64,000 nt of DNA from positions 148,543 through 212,542 of IMG/VR virus record IMGVR_UViG_3300028275_000006. One strand, 5' to 3'. The notes beneath the pieces are model-generated. The model saw nothing but the letters and a program-made list of their open reading frames with translations. It was not told where the DNA came from and did not search any database. How positions within the stretch are numbered: the first letter of the stretch is position 1; each line of letters begins with the position of its first letter. This document shows, piece after piece, positions 36,935 to 44,667 of this stretch. The translations under genes and the position numbers were made by a program.

Positions 36935-37378
36935 TTATACAATCGACGAGTAGAACAGGTTGTCGATTCGAGCCTTGGCTGTCTTAGCATAATCCTTGAC
37001 TAACTCAAATCTCCAGTAAGCACTTTCCCTAGTCACAGGGTCCTTTGCGTTCTGGGCTGTTTTTCTGTAAAACTGTGAATCTATATAGTTCTTTCTAAAA
37101 ATCTCATCGTTGTTTTTAATATCATCGATGCTGTGTTTTTTGCCTTTTTCGTGCATTTTGCATATAGCAAAAGCACTTACTTTTAAAAATACTGTGGCCA
37201 CGTGAATTTTGCGTTTGTCTGCTAAAATTACGTTCCAATTATCGTCTGTACCTTTTACAATGATATACTTCTTGTATCGTATCTGACGTTTGTTTACTGC
37301 TACAAAGATGCCCTGCTTGACAACTATGTCATAGAGCATGGAATCTAAATCTGCGGCGGCTTGTTTAATATCAAACAT
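36935..37378 (-). CDS. hypothetical protein
   Basis: ORF track, coupled operon. Confidence 0.7.
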   Translation of the reverse strand: MFDIKQAAADLDSMLYDIVVKQGIFVAVNKRQIRYKKYIIVKGTDDNWNVILADKRKIHVATVFLKVSAFAICKMHEKGKKHSIDDIKNNDEIFRKNYIDSQFYRKTAQNAKDPVTRESAYWRFELVKDYAKTAKARIDNLFYSSIV

Positions 37379-37571
37379 TTGGATATACGTAAGAAGAATG
37401 TTTACCTTGTACTTTAATTAACAGACTCTTACGTATAAGACTTTCGATTATGGATTGCTCTCTTTCATTAAATCCTGCTAAGATGCTGGGCTCAGTGATA
37501 GTTTCAAGAAGTTCTTGTTCCTCCTTGCTGGTCCATACATCTATTTTTCTTACAAATTCGTTAATTTTCAT
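37371..37571 (-). CDS. small hypothetical protein (MKINEF...)
   Basis: ORF track, overlapping junctions. Confidence 0.65.
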   Translation of the reverse strand: MKINEFVRKIDVWTSKEEQELLETITEPSILAGFNEREQSIIESLIRKSLLIKVQGKHSSYVYPNV

Positions 37572-37831
37572 TTTAATTCAGCCATCTGCTTTTTAAGGTC
37601 AGTTATCTGTTTTGTTAAATCAGCGATTTGATCAGTAATTTCTTTTTTCTTGTCTTGCACTTCTTTTTGATGCTGTGCTATCTGTAACTGCATTTGTTTT
37701 TGCTGTGCGGCAGGATCCTGAGCAACCATTTGATTATTAGGATCCAGTGTGGCTCCTTGCGCTGTGGCTCCTGGAGCGGGCGCGGCACCTGGTGCTGGGG
37801 GTACTGCTTCTAATAAGTCTGATATTTTCAT
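37568..37831 (-). CDS. small coiled-coil protein (MKISDLLEA...)
   Basis: ORF track; Pro/Ala linker and Gln/Lys heptads. Confidence 0.65.
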   Translation of the reverse strand: MKISDLLEAVPPAPGAAPAPGATAQGATLDPNNQMVAQDPAAQQKQMQLQIAQHQKEVQDKKKEITDQIADLTKQITDLKKQMAELK

Positions 37832-38556
37832 AGTTGTCTCTGCTCTATACTTAATTCTTGATCTTGTAGTGTGTTAATATGATCATTGAGTTTTTCGATC
37901 CATCCCTGACTGCGTAGCATTTTGAATACTAAATTCTCTGTGCCAAATTCTCCATCACGGGCTAGACCTGCCTGTCGCATACGTTTTATGTCTTTCCACA
38001 TATCTTCTGCTAGGGCAATGTCATTGTCGCCTAACACTACAATAATTCTATCTCTGTAGTTCTTGTACTTATCCTTAACATCCTGTGTGTTAATATCTAC
38101 ATCTTGTCGTGTGGGTTTTTCAATCCAACGACTCCTTAACACGCTGTAAATTCCCAAACTGTGGTGCTCTTGGTTTACGTCCTGGGCATATAGCTCTACG
38201 TCTATACCTCGCACTTTGATGTCATGTCTAGCATTATATACATTTTTCTTGGCATCCAGCAGTTCGCGGAATTCTGGCTTGTCTGGTACAGCAACAACAA
38301 TGTGCAGATCCAAGTCACTCTGTGGAGTATAACTGAATGCCGCGTTACTGCCGCTGACTGTGATATCTTTAACGTCTAACTCAACTCCTATGAAATCTTT
38401 AAAGTGGCGAGCAATATCAATCAACGCTCTGCGTACTTCCCCGTGCATCATACCCGACTCAGTGAACAATTTAGGGTTCAGTATGTCGTGGAAGACCACA
38501 GCATTACTAATGCTAAAGTCGGGACTAGGAATACCAGTTAATTCTGTGACGTTCAT
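37828..38556 (-). CDS. Pol-beta-superfamily nucleotidyltransferase; likely start 38556
   Basis: ITVSGSNA...SDLDLHIVV (GS..DxD) plus later VELY. Confidence 0.75.
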   Translation of the reverse strand: MNVTELTGIPSPDFSISNAVVFHDILNPKLFTESGMMHGEVRRALIDIARHFKDFIGVELDVKDITVSGSNAAFSYTPQSDLDLHIVVAVPDKPEFRELLDAKKNVYNARHDIKVRGIDVELYAQDVNQEHHSLGIYSVLRSRWIEKPTRQDVDINTQDVKDKYKNYRDRIIVVLGDNDIALAEDMWKDIKRMRQAGLARDGEFGTENLVFKMLRSQGWIEKLNDHINTLQDQELSIEQRQL

Positions 38557-38563
38557 ACTATAT

Positions 38564-38989
38564 TTATTCGTCGTCCGACGCAAAAATTACTGTGTTCTTG
38601 TGCTGTGGAGATTTAGTATCCAGCAGAGCACGTTCCAAGTCTGCTGTTTCGTTCAAGTCTACAATCATTGGAATGAAGTTTAAATCTTCAATTAACAGAC
38701 CTGCATTGTTTCCTTCTGCATCTTTGTATCCGTCAGCATACTCTATGCTAAACTTAAATGTCCAGATATTGTGCTGGCCTTTGTAGGCAGATCCAAATCC
38801 ATAGTCCTTGACATCATCTTCCCTAAGTTTGGGACTGTTGATGTAGTGCGGGTTTACACGCATACCTATGGTTTGAATCAACATTGTAAAGTTTTGATTT
38901 TGGAAATAGTCTATTTCCTTGCCCGGCTCTTTTCTTCGCTGTCCAGTCTCAGTAATATCTACTAACGTCTGTATGGTAAACTCTTTCAT
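38564..38989 (-). CDS. hypothetical protein; likely start 38989
   Basis: TAAATA 5 nt upstream of ATG 38989. Confidence 0.65.
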   Translation of the reverse strand: MKEFTIQTLVDITETGQRRKEPGKEIDYFQNQNFTMLIQTIGMRVNPHYINSPKLREDDVKDYGFGSAYKGQHNIWTFKFSIEYADGYKDAEGNNAGLLIEDLNFIPMIVDLNETADLERALLDTKSPQHKNTVIFASDDE

Positions 38990-39008
38990 GTGAGTATTTA
39001 ACAGCCAC

Positions 39009-39034
39009 AAAAAAAGCCCTAGTTAAACTAGAGC
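39009..39034 (-). terminator. intrinsic terminator
   Basis: GCTCTAG-TTTAA-CTAGGGC-T7. Confidence 0.8.
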
Positions 39035-39053
39035 TTTAATGTATCCTGTTGGT

Positions 39054-39296
39054 TCAACCCATCTTTAATAAGATTGCTACTACTAACGAAATAACGCCTG
39101 CAATGATAGTGCCGGCTGTGCCAATAATAACTTTGGTTAAACTCTTTTGACCTTCGATGATATCGTTATGCACTGACTCTACTTTTTCTTCAAGTGCAGT
39201 TAAACGACCTTCAAGTTGTCCATAGCGTAAAGCACAAAGGTCAACGTGTGCTTCTAAACTAGTTTTTTCTAATTCTGTTGTAGGCGCTGTAGCCAT
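39054..39296 (-). CDS. small coiled-coil plus C-terminal TM protein (XhlA/holin-like)
   Basis: Heptads then IIGTAGTIIAGVISLVVAILL. Confidence 0.55.
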   Translation of the reverse strand: MATAPTTELEKTSLEAHVDLCALRYGQLEGRLTALEEKVESVHNDIIEGQKSLTKVIIGTAGTIIAGVISLVVAILLKMG

Positions 39297-39347
39297 GTTT
39301 TATCTCCAAAATAAAAATACATGCCTAGTTGTGTGCCTTTGTTATAT

Positions 39348-39677
39348 TTATTTATCGGTATTGACCGATTTGCGACCTTTGACAAAGTCTTTGATGTCTC
39401 GAAGTTCCACCAAGACTTCACCAACATTGTCTCTAGTTTTATCCCACTGGTGTACTAGTTTGTTGATAACATATATTGCCCACCACCACCATATCACTGC
39501 TATGGCAAACATACTAGTCTCACCAAATACCATAGCCCTGGCAAAGAGAGTGTTGTCGCCAAATACCCATATAAAGAAAATGCCTGCAAGAGATACCAAG
39601 GGTAGTACTGCCGCTAACCATGCCCATATTTTAATTTGTTTAAGTGTTTTTATTCTGAAGTTGTTGAAGTCGTTCAT
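39348..39677 (-). CDS. two-TM membrane protein
   Basis: Two hydrophobic segments, charged C-terminus. Confidence 0.65.
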   Translation of the reverse strand: MNDFNNFRIKTLKQIKIWAWLAAVLPLVSLAGIFFIWVFGDNTLFARAMVFGETSMFAIAVIWWWWAIYVINKLVHQWDKTRDNVGEVLVELRDIKDFVKGRKSVNTDK

Positions 39678-39722
39678 TTTAATTGTGCCTCTATGAACAA
39701 TTATTTAATGTATTTTCCAGTC

Positions 39723-39749
39723 AAAAAAAAGCCCTAGATAAACTAGGGC
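39723..39749 (-). terminator. intrinsic terminator
   Basis: GCCCTAG-TTTAT-CTAGGGC-T8. Confidence 0.85.
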
Positions 39750-39779
39750 CCTTCCTTCCCATCCCTGGGTTATTTGCTA

Positions 39780-40118
39780 TTAAGCGATTGTTAAACTAGA
39801 TGCTAAAGTAACAGTTGCACCGCTTAGGTCGTAACCGTTAACAGTACCCATTGCTTGGATACGTGCTTGTAGTGTTGTTGCATCTACAGCGTGACCATCA
39901 ACGATAACATGGATCTTGTCTGTTGCTGAATAGTACATTAAAGGTTGTACTTCACGAACTACTGCTTCAAGAGCTTGATCTACTTCACCTGCGCCGTCGC
40001 CATCTTGATCTGCTAGTGTTGCACCAGCATCGATAACGAATGCTTTTAATTGATATACTGAGTATACAGTACCTTGCACAAATTTTGTGCTACCATTATA
40101 ACGTGTTGTTGCTGACAT
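39780..40118 (-). CDS. small protein, probable late/virion protein
   Basis: Strong SD AGGAG, own late promoter and terminator. Confidence 0.65.
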   Translation of the reverse strand: MSATTRYNGSTKFVQGTVYSVYQLKAFVIDAGATLADQDGDGAGEVDQALEAVVREVQPLMYYSATDKIHVIVDGHAVDATTLQARIQAMGTVNGYDLSGATVTLASSLTIA

Positions 40119-40120
40119 AA

Positions 40121-40192
40121 TTTTTCTCCTCGTGTCATATGCCTATTACTCTATAGGACTTTTGTAATTTTATTTAGCCAAAAGGAGAAAAA
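40121..40192 (-). promoter_or_regulatory. anti-SD/SD 10-bp inverted repeat flanking a late promoter
   Basis: TTTTTCTCCT (40192-40183), TAAATA (40176-40171), AGGAGAAAAA (40130-40121). Confidence 0.65.
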
Positions 40193-40206
40193 CCGGTGTC
40201 TATCGG

Positions 40207-40482
40207 TTAGTTTTCAGGATTATTTTTAGCGGCTCTGCGCTGTTCTTGAATTTTCTGTACTCCACGGCGGAATTTGCGTGGGTCACCTGTGCGTATAGCA
40301 TTAAGGAAACGGCGTTCTAGTTCTGCACTTTCTTCCTCATTGAACTGCTGGCGCACTAAACTTAGTAGATTAACTGCGCTGTCAATGATATTTTGACCTC
40401 TATTTTCTATTAGAAGTTCTGTATTTCTACTATTGCCTAAACTACTAAGTTCTTCTAAAATCGAACGTGTACGTTTTTTCAT
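40207..40482 (-). CDS. hypothetical protein
   Basis: ORF track; upstream TTGCAA-17-TATAAT at 40512-40540. Confidence 0.7.
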   Translation of the reverse strand: MKKRTRSILEELSSLGNSRNTELLIENRGQNIIDSAVNLLSLVRQQFNEEESAELERRFLNAIRTGDPRKFRRGVQKIQEQRRAAKNNPEN

Positions 40483-40631
40483 AAGCCCTGTTTCCTGTTA
40501 TGTATTTACCTATTATACATTAAAGATTTTGGAATTGCAAGAGTCAACGGAAGTATGTGGCACTGCGTTATATTGTATAAATATATCAGTAGAAACCATG
40601 AGTTACTACACACATACACGGAGAATACAAA

Positions 40632-40742
40632 ATGTTCAAATTTATTGCTGACTTTTTAAAGTCGTTTCAAAAAGCGCGAGTAGCCGCACACTTCGCAAGA
40701 ATGGGTGATTACAAAGCCGCACAATCAATCTACAGAGATTAA
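40632..40742 (+). CDS. 36-aa basic small protein (MFKFIADFLKSFQKARVAAHFARMG...)
   Basis: Hand-translated; SD GGAG; TATAAATA at 40576-40583; not in track. Confidence 0.6.
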   Translation: MFKFIADFLKSFQKARVAAHFARMGDYKAAQSIYRD

Positions 40743-40744
40743 TA

Positions 40745-41317
40745 ATGTCTTACACTATCTATAAACTGCCGACTCACGAGTTCTATAGATATAGAACTCA
40801 CTTGTTAAGTCTCGACGACGAAACTAGATATCTACGATTTGGATTTCATATTCCAAATATAACAATTAATGAATTAGTTAATCGTTGGGAATTAAATTCG
40901 GATAAGCATAAAATATTTGCTATTGAAAACGATAACTTAGAAGTTGTTGCTGTAGCACATATCAGTCTAGAAGACGATCCAGCAGAACTAGCCTTTAGTG
41001 TTTTTAAAGAATGTCAAGGTCAAGGTATGGGCGATGCTCTAATGGCTCGTGCTATTGAATACTGTCAAAATCGTAATATCAAACACGGCTGTATGGTCTG
41101 TTTAGGTATCAATGACAAAATTAAAAGCCTGGCTAGAAAACACAATGTTCTTGTTAAAACAGAATACAGTGACAGCCACGGTGAAATAGAAATTCCAAAC
41201 CCTACTCCAGTTAGTCTATGGAAAGAGTACATGGAAGACAATTTTGCTAAGATAGACCATCTAGGCAAAACACAAAGGAAATTTGCTCAAATATTCAGAT
41301 TTCCGTTGCTTTTTTAA
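40745..41317 (+). CDS. GNAT-family acetyltransferase
   Basis: AELAFSV...QGQGMGDALM acetyl-CoA motif A. Confidence 0.88.
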   Translation: MSYTIYKLPTHEFYRYRTHLLSLDDETRYLRFGFHIPNITINELVNRWELNSDKHKIFAIENDNLEVVAVAHISLEDDPAELAFSVFKECQGQGMGDALMARAIEYCQNRNIKHGCMVCLGINDKIKSLARKHNVLVKTEYSDSHGEIEIPNPTPVSLWKEYMEDNFAKIDHLGKTQRKFAQIFRFPLLF

Positions 41318-41390
41318 CAGAAGGCATATATACTATAGATTACTAGCAAGGTGCTAGTTAATCGTAACATACACACACAAGGAGAAAATT

Positions 41391-41597
41391 ATGTTTACAC
41401 CAGACTTTTACATCGACGGCGTTCAAAACGCTAAAAAGCAAATCGTTAATACATTTATCACTAACGATTCATTCAAAAAAGAACTTATCAAACTAGTTGA
41501 TGCACAGACTGAGTTTGCCAAGGGTCAAGTTAAAACTACTCTAGCAATCGCAGAAGCATTCGTTAAGAACGCATCAGCCGCTGTTTACACTAAGTAA
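41391..41597 (+). CDS. small amphipathic helical protein, phasin-like
   Basis: Helical pattern LVDAQTEFAK; tentative. Confidence 0.45.
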   Translation: MFTPDFYIDGVQNAKKQIVNTFITNDSFKKELIKLVDAQTEFAKGQVKTTLAIAEAFVKNASAAVYTK

Positions 41598-41626
41598 TCA
41601 TTAATTAACACACACAGGAGAAAATT

Positions 41627-41893
41627 ATGAGTGATTTAACACCAAAACTACCAGAAGTAAAATTCAACAAAAACGGTTATGAAATTCGTACTGACATACT
41701 AGCAATGGCTAAAGACTTAGTTAGCCAAGACTTCCATGTGAAGTTTCAAGGTTGGGAAATGACTGCTACTCGTGATGAGAAGACAGGTCAGATTGTTAGC
41801 AAAGTAGATATGCCAGAGTTTCCAGGACTTGAGAAAGTTTTAGAAGCCGCTGAAAAGATGTACGCTTTTGTTAATACTGGCGCAAAGAAATAA
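41627..41893 (+). CDS. conserved hypothetical protein
   Basis: KNGYEIRTDILAMAKD...AEKMYAFV; strong SD. Confidence 0.7.
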   Translation: MSDLTPKLPEVKFNKNGYEIRTDILAMAKDLVSQDFHVKFQGWEMTATRDEKTGQIVSKVDMPEFPGLEKVLEAAEKMYAFVNTGAKK

Positions 41894-41932
41894 TAATTAT
41901 TATATTAATCCCATAGGGAAATTATAGAAAAT

Positions 41933-41960
41933 AAAAAAGGACTCTTCGGAGTCCTTTTTT
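41933..41960. terminator. bidirectional intrinsic terminator
   Basis: AAAAAAGGACTC-TTCG-GAGTCCTTTTTT between convergent genes. Confidence 0.9.
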
Positions 41961-43371
41961 ATACTTGAGCGGCAAATATTGTGCCGCCTATCTTTTCGCC
42001 GCCAGCGGCTATCATCTTATCTCTAAATCCAATGTTAGTGCCTGCACCGTAGGCCGCACTAGAAGCCGCTGTAAAGTATTTGAGATTTGTTGGAACTTGC
42101 GGAAGAATATTAATTGCGCCATCTACAATGTTAGCCAATTGTCTATCAGTTGGGCCACGTGTAAAGTTAGCACTTGGGCCCGGATCAAATCTTGTACCAG
42201 TAACTGCTTGGAACTGATTTGGAGCTCTTAACACACTGATAACATTGTCGCCCCAATTACCTGTGCGTGTTCTGTTTAGGATAACGCCCATAACATAGGC
42301 TTGTTCTTTACTGTTATTGCTTGCTTCAGCAGTTGTAGCACGTAACAAGTAATTCCATTCTTTGTCGTCCATTGGACGTCCTAGATACTTTTCTGCTGTT
42401 GCTCTTGCCTTTTGCGTACTCTCGGTGCTAGTTAAGGCTGCAACTTCTTCAGCACCTCTGCTATAGTCTAATGACTTAACATCCTTGTTAGTACTCTTTG
42501 TTAAAGTAGCCAATACTTCAGGCTTGGCTTTGAGCATGGCGTTCATTTTATCCGCAGTTTGCTGATTAACAATTCCTGTTGCTTCTAAGCCATTCTTCTC
42601 TTGGAAGGTTTTGATAGCACCTGTTGTTTCTTTACCTTGAATCCCATCAACACCATATTTAGGTAAAGGTACGCCCAATGCTTCTAATGCCTTTTGTGCA
42701 TCTGCAATTAATGGGCCACGTTTGCCGTCTGGAACTTCTACACTAAATGGAACTGCCGTAGCATCTTTTTCTTTATTGTCTGCTGTATCTTTACTAGCAG
42801 GTGCGGCAATAGAAGAACCTGCTTGAAATAGTTTACTGTATCCGTTAAACGGGTGTATGCCATCGCCCTTGGCTATGTTTGGATCAAAGGTGTTTAGTGA
42901 ACCTAAAAACTTTGCTCCTGCGCCTGCGGCAATGCCGGATAGTTTTTGATTTGCGCCTGTGTAATCTACAGTCCATTGTTTACCATTAGTAAACTTTGTA
43001 GGCTTTTGCAAAGGTGTTTTGCCATCAGCAACACCAACTAGTGCTACCGATGCTCCTGCATCTTTTAACGCTTTAATCTGTTGACTAATTGGACCAAAGT
43101 TTTCCGATTGAATCTGTGTTCCGTCTTCTGTTTCTACTTTACCACTGTTAGCGGCTCCACTACTTAAAATAACAATAGCACCTTTTGCTTTGCCACTTTT
43201 AACAAAGGGCGTTACAAGATTTTGTAGAACAAATGTAGTGTTTTTTCCAGGATTAGTGTATTCTTTGCTAACGCCACCGGCGCCAGCAATGCCATTGGCA
43301 ATACTGTCTCCAATTACGTAAACGTTGGATTTTGATTCAAAAAGTTTGGATAAGAATTCTTTGGCTCTCAT
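41959..43371 (-). CDS. MRAKEF-family fusion: SGNH hydrolase, PG-binding domain, SleB-like cell wall hydrolase
   Basis: VIGDS...DGIHP; VDGIQGKETTGAIKTFQ..NGLEATG; TTAEA...VILNR...NQFQAV. Confidence 0.82.
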   Translation of the reverse strand: MRAKEFLSKLFESKSNVYVIGDSIANGIAGAGGVSKEYTNPGKNTTFVLQNLVTPFVKSGKAKGAIVILSSGAANSGKVETEDGTQIQSENFGPISQQIKALKDAGASVALVGVADGKTPLQKPTKFTNGKQWTVDYTGANQKLSGIAAGAGAKFLGSLNTFDPNIAKGDGIHPFNGYSKLFQAGSSIAAPASKDTADNKEKDATAVPFSVEVPDGKRGPLIADAQKALEALGVPLPKYGVDGIQGKETTGAIKTFQEKNGLEATGIVNQQTADKMNAMLKAKPEVLATLTKSTNKDVKSLDYSRGAEEVAALTSTESTQKARATAEKYLGRPMDDKEWNYLLRATTAEASNNSKEQAYVMGVILNRTRTGNWGDNVISVLRAPNQFQAVTGTRFDPGPSANFTRGPTDRQLANIVDGAINILPQVPTNLKYFTAASSAAYGAGTNIGFRDKMIAAGGEKIGGTIFAAQV

Positions 43372-43462
43372 AGTCTTATTTATGTAAACTTCTCTGTTGG
43401 GTTAGGCGTTATTATATTATAGCACTTAAAAAGGTGGATTACTATGTTGATGAGGACCAATT

Positions 43463-43828
43463 ATGAAACGCTTAGTAGTATTCATTGCGTTGACAACAAG
43501 TTTGACATTAAGCCTGGCAAATACGAGCTTGAAAAACCCGACCCATTCAGTCTCCGTTGCCCAACACCCGACTGTGATACGAAGCGCACAGGTCCGTGTA
43601 AATCTACCGAAAATCCAAAAACCTAAGATATTTGTTGGACATCCACATAAAATCTTTGTCTCTGATTGGGACGGAGATTTCCTAGAAATTGATGATGTTA
43701 TCACCAGTTATCGTCGTAGGGATTTAAACAAGATTGAACACGAAGACGGTATCAGTGATAATGTTCGTTGGCGATTGTTTTTAGCTCGCCAACTAGCATT
43801 ACTCAAATATAGACAAATTTACAGTTAA
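43463..43828 (+). CDS. hypothetical secreted protein
   Basis: N-terminal signal-like segment; SD GAGG. Confidence 0.55.
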   Translation: MKRLVVFIALTTSLTLSLANTSLKNPTHSVSVAQHPTVIRSAQVRVNLPKIQKPKIFVGHPHKIFVSDWDGDFLEIDDVITSYRRRDLNKIEHEDGISDNVRWRLFLARQLALLKYRQIYS

Positions 43829-44634
43829 TCTGCTTTGCCGCACTTAGCACGTTTAGCATTAGTTAACGCACCGTAGTCCACAGGCCATTCTTGTCCAGGT
43901 TGTAGTTCTTTTGCGTTAGCAGGATACTTGAATGTAACGCCTGCTTGTTGTTGTATTTGTGCTACTGGTACACGGAACTTGGTCAAGTCGTTGCCAAGAT
44001 TAACATATGGTTTAGTGTGTGGGAAAGCCCAACCAGCAATAGCACCTGTTTGTTGATCAATAACAATCTTGTAGTAGCCATGTGGAACAATAACGCCATT
44101 GCCAATTACACCGTCACCAGCGCCATAAAATGCTCCAACGTATATTGTAAACGGACGATTCTGCTGTACCGCCCACCCACGTACTGAAGTTTCCAGTAGT
44201 TTCCAAATTCCACGATTTAAACTGCCGTGTTGTGGATACATATTGGTCATTAGGAAACTCTCATACTCCACGATCTGTGACCAACTTAGGTCACCATCGG
44301 GAGCGGCATGTCCTTTGTCGTAGCCTGTGCCTGCGTAGTCATTAGGAGTAGCACCCCCAGGAACTGACTGATCCGCAACGAATGCGTTCGTACGTGGAAA
44401 GCATCCTAAAGCATTTTGTGGAAGTAATGTGTATGCTACATAAGCAGGAATCTTAACAGGAGCATCGTATGCTACTAGATATGCTTCGCGGCAAATTGGA
44501 GCAACTTGTCGTTGTGTTTGAGCAAAGCCGTAAGGACTGTGTACTTGACAGGCTTGTACTGGTAGTGGAGCACGTTGTTCCCAGGCAAACACTTGGGTTG
44601 AAACAAACGCTAACAATAATAATAACTTCTTCAT
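43825..44634 (-). CDS. secreted DNA/RNA non-specific endonuclease (NucA/EndA-like)
   Basis: Signal peptide; YDKGHAAP, TNMYPQ, LNRGIWKLLE, VPHGYYKIV. Confidence 0.9.
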   Translation of the reverse strand: MKKLLLLLAFVSTQVFAWEQRAPLPVQACQVHSPYGFAQTQRQVAPICREAYLVAYDAPVKIPAYVAYTLLPQNALGCFPRTNAFVADQSVPGGATPNDYAGTGYDKGHAAPDGDLSWSQIVEYESFLMTNMYPQHGSLNRGIWKLLETSVRGWAVQQNRPFTIYVGAFYGAGDGVIGNGVIVPHGYYKIVIDQQTGAIAGWAFPHTKPYVNLGNDLTKFRVPVAQIQQQAGVTFKYPANAKELQPGQEWPVDYGALTNAKRAKCGKAD

Positions 44635-44667
44635 AATAATCCTTAGTAATTAAGTGCTATTATTTAG

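Noticed and set aside
40552-40572. PhaR operator-like TGTGGCACTGCG upstream of the phasin-like island
   Set aside because: Single degenerate match; too weak to call
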